A stretch of 47,006 nucleotides of DNA, taken from Oligoflexia bacterium (GTDB lineage Bacteria; Bdellovibrionota; UBA1018). The translations under genes and the position numbers were made by a program. Shown piece after piece: positions 10,021 to 20,707 of this stretch (its first letter is position 1; each line of letters opens with the position of its first letter). The stretch is taken from positions 1 through 47,006 of the forward strand of contig JAYTHP010000019.1 of assembly GCA_043732485.1 (NCBI GenBank). The letters are read 5' to 3'. The notes under the pieces are model-generated. The model saw nothing but the letters and a program-made list of their open reading frames with translations, was not told the DNA's origin and did no database searches.

Positions 10021-10854
10021 TCACACCGCAATGGGCGCGGCAATGTGCGGATGCGGGTCATAGCCGACGATTTCAAAATCCTCAAACTGGTAATCAAACA
10101 GAGACTCAGGCTTCCGCTTGATCACGAGCTGCGGCAGCGCCCGCGGCTCGCGCGTCAACTGCAACTTCGCCTGCTCCAGATGATTCTGATAGAGATGCAA
10201 ATCGCCTAGCGACAAAATCACTTCTCCCACCTCATAGCCACATTGCTGGGCAATCATGTGCGTGAGAAAAGCGACACTTGCAGTATTATAACTGTTGCCT
10301 AAAAAAAGATCATTCGAGCGAAGATACAGTAAACAGGACAACTTATTGCCTGCCACGTAAAACTGATAGAGCAAATGACAAGGAGGAAGCGCCATCTTGC
10401 CTTGCGCCGCGTTTTCCCAAGGCTTCTTCGTCTCATCCGGCAAAAATGCCACGTTCCAGGCATGAAACAAATGCCTACGACTCTCCGGTCGGGCCTTGAG
10501 TCCTGCGATCAGTTGCGCCATTTGGTCAATATGCCCGCCCCGCCCATCCGGCCAAAAGCGCCACTGGTAACCATATACCGGCCCAAGCTCGCCCTCAGGC
10601 GTCGCCCACTCGTCCCATATTTTTACACCCTTGGCTTGCAAAACCTTAATATTAGTCGCACCGCTTAGAAACCACAACAGCTCATGCAGGATCGACTTAA
10701 TATGCAACTTCTTGGTGGTCACAAGCGGGAAGCCTTGCGCCAGATTATAGCGCACCTGCCTACCAAAAACCGATAAGGTCCCGGTACCGGTGCGATCGCC
10801 CTTCACCACCCCGTTTTGCAGCACATCTTCGAGTAACTGTAAGTATTGCTTCAT
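10021..10854 (-). CDS. thyA: Thymidylate synthase
   Basis: [65 protein letters not shown]. Confidence 0.98.
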   Translation of the reverse strand: MKQYLQLLEDVLQNGVVKGDRTGTGTLSVFGRQVRYNLAQGFPLVTTKKLHIKSILHELLWFLSGATNIKVLQAKGVKIWDEWATPEGELGPVYGYQWRFWPDGRGGHIDQMAQLIAGLKARPESRRHLFHAWNVAFLPDETKKPWENAAQGKMALPPCHLLYQFYVAGNKLSCLLYLRSNDLFLGNSYNTASVAFLTHMIAQQCGYEVGEVILSLGDLHLYQNHLEQAKLQLTREPRALPQLVIKRKPESLFDYQFEDFEIVGYDPHPHIAAPIAV

Positions 10855-10923
10855 GCACCCTTCCCACTCGTCCACCCAAAGCTTGGACCTCTTGAGGATC
10901 CTAGAGCTTTTTCATCACCGCTT

Positions 10924-12231
10924 TCAACCTAGCTTTTTTAGCGGCTCGCCACTTTCCGATTCCACGGTAATCAAGCGCGAACCGCGCTGGAAGGTCAAAT
11001 AAGACCAAATCCACTCCAACATGACTTGAAACTGATTGCGAAAGCCGATGAGGAAGTAAACGTGGACGCCGACCCACATCAGCCAAGCAAACCTACCGGC
11101 TAAGCGTATTCGCCCCACTTCAGCAATCGCAAACGATCTTCCCACCGTGGCAAGCCAACCTTTATCAAAGTACCTAAAGACCCGTTGAGGGGACTGTCCT
11201 GCCACCAAGCCCTGAATGCGCTTGGCCACATACTTGCCCTCTTGGAGAGCAACCGGTGCCACGCCCGGCAAAGGCTTATCTTTCACCTTCACCGCCGCTA
11301 AGTCACCCACCACGTAAACCTCAGGATACTCAGGCACTTCCAAGTGCGGGCCCACCACCACCCGACCAATCCGGTCTAAAGCCGTCCCCAACCACTGGCC
11401 AACCGGCGAGGCCACCACGCCTGCGCACCAAATCACCGTCTTAGCATGAAACCGCTCTTCACCGACTTGCACCCCATTTTCATCAATCTCCCGAACCGGA
11501 CGATTGTAAATGATCTCCACTCCCAGCTGCTGCAACTTCGCCGCAGCCTGCTGCGCCAAACTGGGATGAAATCCAGCCAAGATCCTCGGACCCCCCTCAA
11601 TCAGGATAATCCGGGCGTGTCTGGGGTCAATATGGGTAAAATCAGATTTTAAAACGTTATGCGCCAGCTCAGCAATCGAGCCTGCCATCTCCACACCCGT
11701 AGGACCGGCGCCTACTAAGGCAAAGGTGAGCAAAGCCTTCTGCTTTTCGACATCAGGCTCCATCTCAGCATGCTCAAAGGCCAGTAAGATTTTGCGGCGA
11801 ATCTTGGTGGCATCCACCACCGTCTTTAACCCCGGAGCAAACTTCTCCCAGCCGTCGCGCCCATAGTAACTGTAAGTCGACCCGGTCGCGAGGATCAAAT
11901 AATCGTAACTCAGCTCACGCGTCGGGCCACGTAAAACCTCCGACTCACCGCTGAGCCCTGATTTAAAAAATACTTTTTTGCTCTTAGGATCAATGCCTTG
12001 CACTTCAGCAAGCACCACCTCAGCATTTTTCTGGTCTTTTAAGATCGAGCGAATAGGAGCAGCAATTTGAGCAGGCGATAAACCGGCTGTGGCCACTTGA
12101 TACAACAAGGGCTGGAACAAGTGATGATTGCTGCGATCAATCAGCGTTACCTTGACATTTGATTTTGCTAAACCTTTGGCTGCAGTTAGGCCGCCAAAGC
12201 CACCACCAATAATCACGACATGAGTTTGCAT
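10924..12231 (-). CDS. ndh: Type II NADH dehydrogenase (NAD(P)/FAD-dependent oxidoreductase)
   Basis: GGGFGG, HHLFQPLLYQVAT, VGAGPTGVEMAG, GDLA and APVALQEG motifs. Confidence 0.92.
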   Translation of the reverse strand: MQTHVVIIGGGFGGLTAAKGLAKSNVKVTLIDRSNHHLFQPLLYQVATAGLSPAQIAAPIRSILKDQKNAEVVLAEVQGIDPKSKKVFFKSGLSGESEVLRGPTRELSYDYLILATGSTYSYYGRDGWEKFAPGLKTVVDATKIRRKILLAFEHAEMEPDVEKQKALLTFALVGAGPTGVEMAGSIAELAHNVLKSDFTHIDPRHARIILIEGGPRILAGFHPSLAQQAAAKLQQLGVEIIYNRPVREIDENGVQVGEERFHAKTVIWCAGVVASPVGQWLGTALDRIGRVVVGPHLEVPEYPEVYVVGDLAAVKVKDKPLPGVAPVALQEGKYVAKRIQGLVAGQSPQRVFRYFDKGWLATVGRSFAIAEVGRIRLAGRFAWLMWVGVHVYFLIGFRNQFQVMLEWIWSYLTFQRGSRLITVESESGEPLKKLG

Positions 12232-12278
12232 TGTCAGCTTACTTTAGTCGCTAATCGTAAGGTTGAACATCTTTTTTT

Positions 12279-12307
12279 TTGACCGATCGGTTTTTTTCTT
12301 ATACGGT
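12279..12307 (+). promoter_or_regulatory. Putative sigma70 promoter of tRNA-Pro
   Basis: TTGACC (12279-12284), 17-bp spacer, TACGGT (12302-12307), preceded by a T tract and 15 bp upstream of the tRNA. Confidence 0.5.
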
Positions 12308-12322
12308 AAAGACTCGATTTAT

Positions 12323-12400
12323 CGGGGCGTGGCGCAGTCTGGCTAGCGCACTTGCTTTGGGAGCAAGGGGTCGTGGGTTCGAATCCCGCCGCCCCGACCA
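12323..12400 (+). tRNA. tRNA-Pro (anticodon TGG)
   Basis: CGGGGCG/CGCCCCG acceptor stem, D arm with TGG, anticodon stem CTTGC/GCAAG with loop TT-TGG-GA, GGTTCGAATCC T arm, encoded CCA. Confidence 0.97.
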
Positions 12401-12502
12401 ATCTACTTGCTCTGCAAGTTTCCTGCCTTCTCCCTCAAACCACCACTTTATCTCACCCCAACCACCTGCCGCAAGGCAAGGCTGTTTGCGTCAAAACCTG
12501 AC

Positions 12503-13504
12503 TTAAAAGCCAAAGCGCTCCAAGCGTTGCCGCATGACGCCCCAATCCACTGCTAGGCTCGGCCCGGAAAAAACAAGCACCGGAAAGAGAAAATGCAATT
12601 GTTGACTGAGCGCAAGCAGCGTCCCGCCCGATCGAATGGCCACTAAGTAGGGAAAATTACCCTGCAGCCGCTGCCTGACGCGAACTAGAATCTCGTCCTC
12701 CCCAGGCACTTTTCCTACAGCCTGCGTAGCAACCACTCCAGCCTTTTTGCCGGAAACAGCGTTCGCAGATCCCTGAAAAGCCCCTTGATGGCCTGCGAAC
12801 GCCTTGAAGCCCTGAGTATGCATGTAGAAAGCCATTCCTGCCGCAGAACCGAGTAACATCACCCCGTAGGCGAGCGTCACTGATAAGGACCAAAAGAGCG
12901 CTCGGTTCAGCCGCTCTGCTCCCTCACCCATCACCAGCACTTGCGTGCCAGAGAGGCGATCATGCAAGGACTTTTTACTCTCACTGAGCCCAATCATGAA
13001 AAACCCTAGCCCCAAGAGTATCTCTGACAGGCACTTCCCCGAATTGCGCCCGAGAATCCTCAAAAAAGAAGCATGCTCGCCCTCCTCAGTGAGGATTTTC
13101 ACGCCAAAGATCATCTTGCCAGGGGTAGCCTGCCAGCGCGATTCTGCCATCACCCGGCAACCAAGCCCAAAAAGCCCTAGCCAACCGAAAAAGGACTGAA
13201 GATCTGATGAAAAATGATCGATCCGGATCAGCTCAAGCCCCAGCCCCAAAAGAATCAAAACAATCACGGCCATCCCAAGAATGGCGAAATCAACCAGACT
13301 AGCTCCCGCCCGCAGCCAGAACCCAGCAGGCGTCGTCGCCTGCTCCACTTCCACAAACTCGAACTCGTCGTCCTCAAGCTCAGCCTGGCTTAATTGCGTG
13401 ACTTCTAGTTGAATTGCTCGTTCCTTCAATGCCTTACAGTCCTTTCCTCTAAGCTTTCGTGTTGACCCCAGGACGTCCCACCCAACGCTGCAGCACCCCC
13501 CCAC
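12503..13504 (-). CDS. RDD family membrane protein
   Basis: AGFWLRAGASLVD, QATPGKMIFGVKI and KSLHDRLSGTQV motifs. Start codon uncertain, probably downstream of 13504. Confidence 0.85.
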   Translation of the reverse strand: MGGCCSVGWDVLGSTRKLRGKDCKALKERAIQLEVTQLSQAELEDDEFEFVEVEQATTPAGFWLRAGASLVDFAILGMAVIVLILLGLGLELIRIDHFSSDLQSFFGWLGLFGLGCRVMAESRWQATPGKMIFGVKILTEEGEHASFLRILGRNSGKCLSEILLGLGFFMIGLSESKKSLHDRLSGTQVLVMGEGAERLNRALFWSLSVTLAYGVMLLGSAAGMAFYMHTQGFKAFAGHQGAFQGSANAVSGKKAGVVATQAVGKVPGEDEILVRVRQRLQGNFPYLVAIRSGGTLLALSQQLHFLFPVLVFSGPSLAVDWGVMRQRLERFGF

Positions 13505-14091
13505 ACCTTCGCTTGCAGATCGGTTTTTTCAAGCTCCCACTTAACTTTAAAGCTTAAGCCCAAAAATACCCTCCGCCTGCAAAGTACTGAGAGAACCCCT
13601 TTTTTTATACTTTTTAATGTAATAAACAAGCCTTAGGACTCTTCAGAGTCAAAGCGCCAGATACTTGCCAGATCTGCAGGCAGCAGACAAAAGCGAGGCT
13701 GACGTCTAGGAGTGTCATTGCCTTGACCCAGAACGCCTTGACCACCACTCAAAACCCCGGGTCCAACCCACCGCCAAAGACCTATGAGAAAGGTGTGACT
13801 GAGAGCTGAAAACCACCGAAAAAACCACTAGCCCGGGCGAGCTCCTGCTCCTCGAGTTTTTAAACTGACGCAGCAGTAACTTGCTGATCATCTCGATTGC
13901 GAGGTGCAAGTCATCAAGCTCGTTGTGCAAGAAAAATCCGCCGTCGGCCTGCTGCTAGCCCTCCAACTCGGAGCCGCCTTTGGAACGACGCCTGGGTTTT
14001 GGCTCAATGCCCAACAGGCGACCGATGTCTATCAGCTTTTACAAACGAAAAAAAACTGACCCACGCTTCTAAGCTGAGAGTTCCGCTCTTT

Positions 14092-15078
14092 TCAAAAAAT
14101 CTCGGCTTTTCCGCCATCGCCTCCGGTTGCGGCTGGCCGCCACCGACGCCACCCCCAGCCCGCCAAAAAACCCGTAATAAAACCCGCTAAATGTCCCGCC
14201 AAGCTGATCCCCGGCAAAAGACTCAGGGCTAAGTTTTGCATGAGACTCACTTTTAAGCGCCGCTTGAGGTCAGTGAGCACCGGACCCAAGGATTGCGGCT
14301 GGCGTGAGAGTAAAAACGCGGTGGCTGCCCCAAAAAGACCAAAAATAGCCCCTGACGCCCCCATCCCTAGCGCATTGAGATGCACCATTCCCATGACGCA
14401 CCCCGACACCAGCCCCGCTAAAAGATAAAAGAACAAGGTGGTTTTCCAACCGAAAAACCGTTCACACAAGGGGCCCAGCGAGGCTAGCGCTACCATATTG
14501 CACAAGAAATGCACCACCCCGCCGTGCAGCCACTGATAGCTGAAAAGACGCCAGTACTCCCCGCGCATCAAAGCAACACCATGAACCCCCCATTGCTCGT
14601 TAAAAGCACCCTCTCCTCCTCCACCCCACTCATCGACCACCATGCCAAGAAGCAAAACCACGCTATTGATCCTGATCAAAGAAGGAATCAAAAGGGAAGG
14701 GGCAAAAACCACCCCACCCCCACCCGCCGCTTCCCCCAATTCCTGGCTGATCGCCTGCTCAAAGGCTTCAGCGTCCGCCCCGGCAAGCTGAGCCATCAGC
14801 CTAGCTTTCTTCCGAAAAACAGCGCTCAGCCAAAAACCTAGAAGGGCGACAAGCGAGCACACCCCCAGCCAGAGGAGCGGGGAGCCAGGAGGACGAGTCA
14901 AGGTAAAAAGAGTCAAGGCACTGAGGAGCAACGCCCGATCAAAGAGAAGCCAGGGCCTCATGAGGAGAACCCCAGAGACGCTGTAACCGCTCGCGCCTCT
15001 TGACGCCGACGAGTTATCGCCCCTCTTATGACTCTGATGCGAATTGCTGACGGTTTGGGTCACTTGAGGCGCGGTCAT
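14092..15078 (-). CDS. Rhomboid family intramembrane serine protease
   Basis: GEYWRLFSYQWLHGGVVHFLCNM, catalytic GASG and GHLAG. Confidence 0.92.
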   Translation of the reverse strand: MTAPQVTQTVSNSHQSHKRGDNSSASRGASGYSVSGVLLMRPWLLFDRALLLSALTLFTLTRPPGSPLLWLGVCSLVALLGFWLSAVFRKKARLMAQLAGADAEAFEQAISQELGEAAGGGGVVFAPSLLIPSLIRINSVVLLLGMVVDEWGGGGEGAFNEQWGVHGVALMRGEYWRLFSYQWLHGGVVHFLCNMVALASLGPLCERFFGWKTTLFFYLLAGLVSGCVMGMVHLNALGMGASGAIFGLFGAATAFLLSRQPQSLGPVLTDLKRRLKVSLMQNLALSLLPGISLAGHLAGFITGFLAGWGWRRWRPAATGGDGGKAEIF

Positions 15079-15199
15079 TTTTTTTCCCTCTCGTAGCCGC
15101 TCTCAGACGGAGTGACGTTGCGATTGCAAAGCGATGCGTCGGTTAGTGGTGGTGGTGGTGATAACGCGAAACCCTTGGATCGCTGCAATCCTGCCTCTC

Positions 15200-15799
15200 G
15201 CTTGAGGCTTGACAAAGTTCCTAGGCGCACGCACTCACCCCCAGATACACCCACCGTCTCTCCCTTATCTGACCCCCTCGCCCGGGACAACGGGCGGGGA
15301 AGGCTGACCGTCAGGGACGCAGAACATCCACCCTCCTGCGACCCCGCCTGAGAACAGATACAAGCCGAGAGTCATTTTGCAACCCATCAGCTGCTCGCTC
15401 AGCAAACCTAGCGCATCGACAGCCGAAAGGTTCAAGAGGCAGGAGACGTAACCCGCATGCAACCACTGATAGGTGAAGAAACGCCATCCTTCACCAGCCC
15501 TCACGGGCGATCCCAAAACCCCGCAAGCGGCACAAGTAGACGAGAAGCCCTCAGCAGACGGCCCACCTCCGGAAAACTCCGTCCCAATGGACCGCTCGGC
15601 CATGAGGAGGAGCTGGTAAGGGTGAGCTTGTCGATCCCCCATCGCTAGACGGCTCACGCGATCGCTTGAAGTTCGATCGCATGAAATCAGGTGACCCGTG
15701 AGCCCTCTTCGCGCCTACCCCGAAGAACGCATAACAAAAAGCAACCCCTCCCAGCAGAGCAGCCAGCAGTTGCAGACAAAGACCTAACGAAGGTATCAT
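15200..15799 (-). pseudogene. Degraded rhomboid protease paralogue
   Basis: GEGWRFFTYQWLHAGYVSCLLNL...EQLMGCKMTLGLYLFSG aligns with the adjacent intact rhomboid. It is split across frames, with a stop at 15265 before a decayed GASGAIFG-like segment (GRDGGCIWG*). Confidence 0.65.
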
Positions 15800-16179
15800 G
15801 AACGAAGCCTGCTTGAAGATCAGGCAGCCGCCAGGGGCATCAACACTTTTTTTATCCTTGCCTGGTCCTTATCATCTTTTTTTTGATTGTCCCTCTACAT
15901 TGTCCTTCTATATTGTCCGTCTGCTGCGCTGTCATCTGCTGCGTGGCCCTCAAGAGTTGCCTGTTGCAACAGTCTCCTCACTCCCCCTCCGCGCTGCTCG
16001 CTGACTTGCGAAGCGTTCTTGTGCAGCCTGCTGCCCTTTGCGTCTCATGACCACCGGCACGCGGTCTTGCTCAAGCCCAGAGGTTGAGTGCTCGACAACG
16101 CTTTTTCTTGAAAATTTGACCTGAAAAGTTGGCCTCTCGACTTGAGACTGAGGGGACCTCGACTGACAGCCCTCAGCGA

Positions 16180-17193
16180 CTAGCTCGACTTGCCTTTGGC
16201 AACTTTCATCTGCTGCACGCGCTCAGTAGCCTTCTTTTGTAACGCCCGCAAGTTGTGAAACGCCACTTGATCTGCGCCCGTTCGCGTGGCCGCCAAGACT
16301 TGCGCCCAGATCGCAGCCATCCTCGGAAAACGATTCGCAAGAGCCGCATTCACGCGAGCCACGTCCAGCGCTTCTGGCTTCAAGAGACTGAGGGAGGAAG
16401 AGGGCTTCAGCACCATTCTTTGGTTTTGATTCAGTTTAACCGCATTTTGCAGCTTTCCCAGCGCGCCAACGCTTGCGGCCATCTTCAGATGACCCGATAA
16501 CATCGCAACCTCCGCGCCACTGGCTGCACCAGCCTCAAACACGGCTTCAGCCCCCTGAAGCTCCGCAGCCACCCCTCTAGGCAGTTGCAGCAACACGCGG
16601 GCCTGAGGCGTTGCGAGCACCCGTACCCAGCCTTTTTCTAGCCGTAAACCCGCTAAATGCACCCTCTGCCCGCCAGACGTGAGATAGGACGTCAAGAGCA
16701 CTTCAACTGTCGTCCCCGGTCCGATCACCGCTTCGGCGCCTTCAAAGCTCAAGCGCACCCAACCCTTGGGTCCGGTCTGGAACACATCTTCATGCAAGAG
16801 CGCCTGCTGGCGATAACGGTAAAGCTGCACTTTCCCAGACTCGTGTCTAACATTGAGGCCCTCCATGCCCTCGAACCATTCCAGATGTGGGCCGAGCGGC
16901 AACTCTAAGGCGGAACTGACATGCGGCCAATGCGACCTGACGCGCTCTGCCGCTAACCTGCGCGTTAAATAGGCCTTAAATTGGGCAGGCGGCAAGGCAA
17001 GTAACTGGGCGCGCGTCAAAGCTTGCGGCTGAGAGACAGGAGGAACAGGCGCCGCTTGCGAGACAGGAGCCCCACTCAGGCCTGCGAGGTAAAAAAACAA
17101 AAAGTGCGCAGTAACCCTTGCCAAACAGCTACTTTTTTGGGTAGACTGAGAGCCAATGGAAGCCTTTAATTTTGATCGCGCTAAGTACCTCAC
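16180..17193 (-). CDS. FecR-like domain exported protein
   Basis: QTGPKGWVRLSF..AVIGPGTTVEV..LRLEKGWVRV..LPRGVAAELQG resembles FecR; signal-like segment HFLFFYLAGLSGAPVSQA. True start probably downstream of 17193. Confidence 0.6.
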   Translation of the reverse strand: MRYLARSKLKASIGSQSTQKSSCLARVTAHFLFFYLAGLSGAPVSQAAPVPPVSQPQALTRAQLLALPPAQFKAYLTRRLAAERVRSHWPHVSSALELPLGPHLEWFEGMEGLNVRHESGKVQLYRYRQQALLHEDVFQTGPKGWVRLSFEGAEAVIGPGTTVEVLLTSYLTSGGQRVHLAGLRLEKGWVRVLATPQARVLLQLPRGVAAELQGAEAVFEAGAASGAEVAMLSGHLKMAASVGALGKLQNAVKLNQNQRMVLKPSSSLSLLKPEALDVARVNAALANRFPRMAAIWAQVLAATRTGADQVAFHNLRALQKKATERVQQMKVAKGKSS

Positions 17194-17401
17194 GCTTTTT
17201 CACTCCCAGGGAGCTTCGGTAGCGTTAACTGCGCTTCACGAAGACACCGTGGCTTGGGAAAAAAAAGTACTAAGCGGCCCGCAAGGCTACCAGCCTGCTT
17301 TGTGGCAAGAAATTCATCAGGCACGCGAATTTTCCCGCGAACTCTGGGACATGGCGATAAATCCGACGACTGCATCTGAAACTCCTTCTGCTCCTTCCTA
17401 A
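17156..17401 (+). CDS. Small hypothetical protein
   Basis: ATG start and helical globular-looking sequence (FDRAKYL..ALTALHED..GPQGYQPALW..REFSRELW). Fills the gap between the FecR-like and FliG-like genes. Confidence 0.6.
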   Translation: MEAFNFDRAKYLTLFHSQGASVALTALHEDTVAWEKKVLSGPQGYQPALWQEIHQAREFSRELWDMAINPTTASETPSAPS

Positions 17402-17484
17402 GACAACACTCGCTTTTGATCGAACTATTGCCGTGCAAGCGTTAGCCTTGCGGCAATCACCGAGCAAGGCTAGGTCAGAACGCA

Positions 17485-17922
17485 TTAAGAAGGAATTTTT
17501 TTTAGCTTCACTTTATTCTTACGCACTAATTTACGAGTAGCCTCAATGACTTTCATTTGACTACCGGAAATCATGCTTTCTGAAACTTTCGGCTCAGCTA
17601 AGGCCTCTTTGAAGTCGGCCAGCACCTTAGACTGAGTCAACTTGAGGAAGCGCGCTTTGACCTCTTCTGAGCAAGGAAAAATAGCGTAAGCTATGAACCT
17701 TGCTGGAGTTTCTGCTAAAACCTCCACCAACTCCTGATCAGAAAGTTGCAAGATATCCTCAAAAACCATGACATACTGCAAGGCTTTTCTGGTATAGTCA
17801 GGATCTTCCTCCATCCCGACATCGATCATTTTTTGACGCCTAGACAAAGGCGCACTCTCGATCAGCTCGACCAGTTGCTTCAAACCATCTGGATTTTTTT
17901 TAAAACGAGTATAAACACCCAT
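17485..17922 (-). CDS. FliG C-terminal domain-like protein
   Basis: VMVFEDILQLSDQELVEVL...EEVKARFL...SQMKVIEATRKLVRKNKV resembles the FliG C-terminal helices, but the protein is only 145 aa and lies outside a flagellar operon. Confidence 0.7.
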   Translation of the reverse strand: MGVYTRFKKNPDGLKQLVELIESAPLSRRQKMIDVGMEEDPDYTRKALQYVMVFEDILQLSDQELVEVLAETPARFIAYAIFPCSEEVKARFLKLTQSKVLADFKEALAEPKVSESMISGSQMKVIEATRKLVRKNKVKLKKIPS

Positions 17923-18352
17923 AGAGCAACGAACCCTCCCTCACACTCTTAAGTGTACCTCCTTGGCCCCCCGGAAAGCAAGATCGGAAAAGCGGAGGGC
18001 TGGAAAAAAATAAAACGACAAAGGAGCGCGAAACTTTCTTGATCTCAAACCCGGCAAGAGTTAGTTTGAGGAGTGCCGGGATCAAAAACGGTCAACCCTT
18101 CCGCAAAAGCAAGCTGACCCAAGGCGGCCCGCGAGCGTAAAAACGAGAAGAACAAGAAGCGTCACCTCAAAAAGTAGTGAATGCTTTCTCCCTCAGCTTT
18201 TGATCCCACACGGCTCACCCTATCACGCACGCAAGACCTTGAAAAGAGTAGGTAAAGCGCGCTTAAGTCTGCCAGAGAAGACGTTACCCTCAGCATGAGG
18301 ATTTCATCACACTCAGTGGTCATACGGAAATTAACTTAAAGGAAAGAACTCT

Positions 18353-20707
18353 ATGCAGGTCATTAAAAGAGACGGCGCGCGTGAGCCCGTTAAAATTGAA
18401 AAGATTCTTCACGCAGTCAACCGCGCCTGTCGCGGGCTTGACCGAGTTGAACCCATTGAAATTGCTAAAAGAACTATCCACGGCCTGCACGATGGCAGCA
18501 CTACCCAGGAACTGGACGAGTTGTCGATTGCCAATGCGGTGATGCTGATGATGGATGAGCCGAATTACTCCAAAGTGGCCGCTCGCATGCTGTCTGAAAG
18601 TATCCGCAAGGAAGTGGGTCGTGAGCGGGCGTTCCGCGATTACATTGAAATTGCAGCAGAAACTCAGTTACTGCATCCCACCACCGTTGCGCTAGCCCGC
18701 GCCGAAGTGCAAACGATTGAGTATTCAATCAGGCATGAAAGGGACGACCTTTTTGATTACTTTGGGCTAAAAACCGTGGCTGATCGTTATCTTTTAAGAC
18801 ACCCCCAGACGCGGCAACGAATTGAGCGCCCGCAGTGGTTTTTCATGCGTGTGGCGCTGGGGTTATCCCACAACATTGAAGAGGCGGTGAAGCTTTACGA
18901 CTTGATGAGTCAATTCTCGTACTTACCTTCCACCCCCACCCTCTTCAACTCTGGCACCCAGCATCCGCAAATGAGTTCCTGTTACCTGCTGACGGTCGGC
19001 GAAGATAGCTTAGAGGGTATTTACAAGGCGATTGCTGATTCTGCGAAGTTATCAAAATACTCAGGTGGGATCGGGATTGACTGGACCCCCGTGCGCGCCT
19101 CAGGCTCGCTCATTAAGGGCACCAACGGGCTCAGTAACGGCATTATTCCTTTTCTGAAGGTTTTTGACTCTTCGGTGCACGCGGTCAACCAGGGCGGCAA
19201 AAGAAAAGGAGCTGCTGCGGTTTACTTAGAGCCCTGGCATGCCGACATTGAATCCTTCTTAGAGCTGAGAGGCAACACCGGGCACGATGAACGCCGGACC
19301 CACAACTTGAACTTAGCGCTCTGGATTCCGGATCTTTTCATGAAACGAGTGGAAAGCGATGGTACCTGGAGTCTATTTTCCCCCAACGATGTGCCGGACT
19401 TGCTGCAGACCTTTGGTCCGACCTTTGAAAGTCGCTATGAGGCGTACGAAAAAGTCGGGAAAGTCGTTAAAACTTTGTCAGCCCGTGCGCTTTATGCCCG
19501 TATTCTCCAGACGCTGGCTGAGACGGGTAATGCCTGGATTTGTTTTAAAGATAAGTCCAATTTGCGCTCGGCCCAGACGGCTGAGCCTGGTCAAGTGATT
19601 CGCAGCTCCAATCTCTGCACGGAGATTTTAGAGGTGGCCTCGGAAACGGAGACGGCGGTTTGCAACTTAGGAAGCGTCAACTTAGTCAGCTTTGTGGTTA
19701 GTCCGCAAAAATTTGACTTTGAGCGGTTGATGGCGGTGGTTGATACGGCGGTGCAGTTTCTTGACCGGGTGATTGACATTAACTTTTATCCGACCTCGGA
19801 AGCCAAGACCTCCAACTCCAAATGGCGACCGATCGGTTTGGGGGTGATGGGCTTGCAAGACACCTTCTTTAAGATGCGCTTGCCGTTTGTTTCCCAAGAA
19901 GCCAAAGACCTCTCCACCCGCATTGCTGAGACCATTTACTACCAGGCGATCAAAACCTCGATGCGGATTGCAAAAACCCAAGGATCGTTCCCGGCTTTTG
20001 CGGCTTCTCGCTATGCGCACGGGCAGTTGCAAGTGCAACTAGCGAAAACCACCCAGAGCATTCACCCGCAGCTGCACTTTGATTGGGAGCAATTAGCAGA
20101 GGAAGTCAAGCAAAACGGCTTGCGCAACAGTCTACTGATTGCCGTGGCTCCGACTGCCACCATTGCTTCGATTATTGGCAGCTATGAGAGCATTGAGCCG
20201 CAGATCTCCAATCTTTTCAAGCGCGAGACGCTCAGTGGCGAGTTTTTACAAGTCAACCGCTACTTGATTGATGATTTGAAGAAACTAAACTTGTGGAATC
20301 GCCACATCCAGAATCTGATCATCTCAGCGGATGGCTCGATCCAAGGCATCACGGAGATTCCTCAGGAGCTGCGGGACATTTACAAGACCACGTGGGAAAT
20401 CCCACAAAAGGACTTGATTGACATGGCGGTACTACGCTCGACGTTTATCTGCCAATCACAATCTTTGAATCTTTTTGTTGAAAACCCTAACATAGGTAAG
20501 CTATCCTCTATGTATATGTATGCCTGGAAACAGGGCTTGAAAACGACCTACTACCTCAGGTCTCGCGCCAAAACCAGTATTCAAAAAACTACCGTCAGTC
20601 AACCGCCCACCCTTGCGAGCGGCTTGACCGTTAATCCAACCAACGCGGCTCAAGATGCCTTGAGCTGTTCTTTAGAAACCCCAACATCTTGTGAGGCTTG
20701 CCAATGA
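18353..20707 (+). CDS. nrdA: Ribonucleoside-diphosphate reductase alpha subunit with ATP cone
   Basis: VIKRDG ATP cone, STPTLFN, SSCYL, SNLCTEI, VCNLGS, APTATIA, KTTYYLR and C-terminal CEAC. RBS AAAGGA. Confidence 0.97.
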   Translation: MQVIKRDGAREPVKIEKILHAVNRACRGLDRVEPIEIAKRTIHGLHDGSTTQELDELSIANAVMLMMDEPNYSKVAARMLSESIRKEVGRERAFRDYIEIAAETQLLHPTTVALARAEVQTIEYSIRHERDDLFDYFGLKTVADRYLLRHPQTRQRIERPQWFFMRVALGLSHNIEEAVKLYDLMSQFSYLPSTPTLFNSGTQHPQMSSCYLLTVGEDSLEGIYKAIADSAKLSKYSGGIGIDWTPVRASGSLIKGTNGLSNGIIPFLKVFDSSVHAVNQGGKRKGAAAVYLEPWHADIESFLELRGNTGHDERRTHNLNLALWIPDLFMKRVESDGTWSLFSPNDVPDLLQTFGPTFESRYEAYEKVGKVVKTLSARALYARILQTLAETGNAWICFKDKSNLRSAQTAEPGQVIRSSNLCTEILEVASETETAVCNLGSVNLVSFVVSPQKFDFERLMAVVDTAVQFLDRVIDINFYPTSEAKTSNSKWRPIGLGVMGLQDTFFKMRLPFVSQEAKDLSTRIAETIYYQAIKTSMRIAKTQGSFPAFAASRYAHGQLQVQLAKTTQSIHPQLHFDWEQLAEEVKQNGLRNSLLIAVAPTATIASIIGSYESIEPQISNLFKRETLSGEFLQVNRYLIDDLKKLNLWNRHIQNLIISADGSIQGITEIPQELRDIYKTTWEIPQKDLIDMAVLRSTFICQSQSLNLFVENPNIGKLSSMYMYAWKQGLKTTYYLRSRAKTSIQKTTVSQPPTLASGLTVNPTNAAQDALSCSLETPTSCEACQ

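Noticed and set aside
12323..12500. tRNA-Pro as the integration site of an island
   Set aside because: No integrase and no duplicated tRNA 3' end noticed in the window.
13715..14040. Possible additional pseudogene remnant (KLIDIGRLLG...*...LHNELDDLHLAIEMISKLL)
   Set aside because: Looks protein-like, but I recognise no family, so it is not reported as a feature.
17923..18352. NrdR box or cobalamin riboswitch upstream of nrdA
   Set aside because: I could not find the NrdR palindrome consensus or B12-box motifs.
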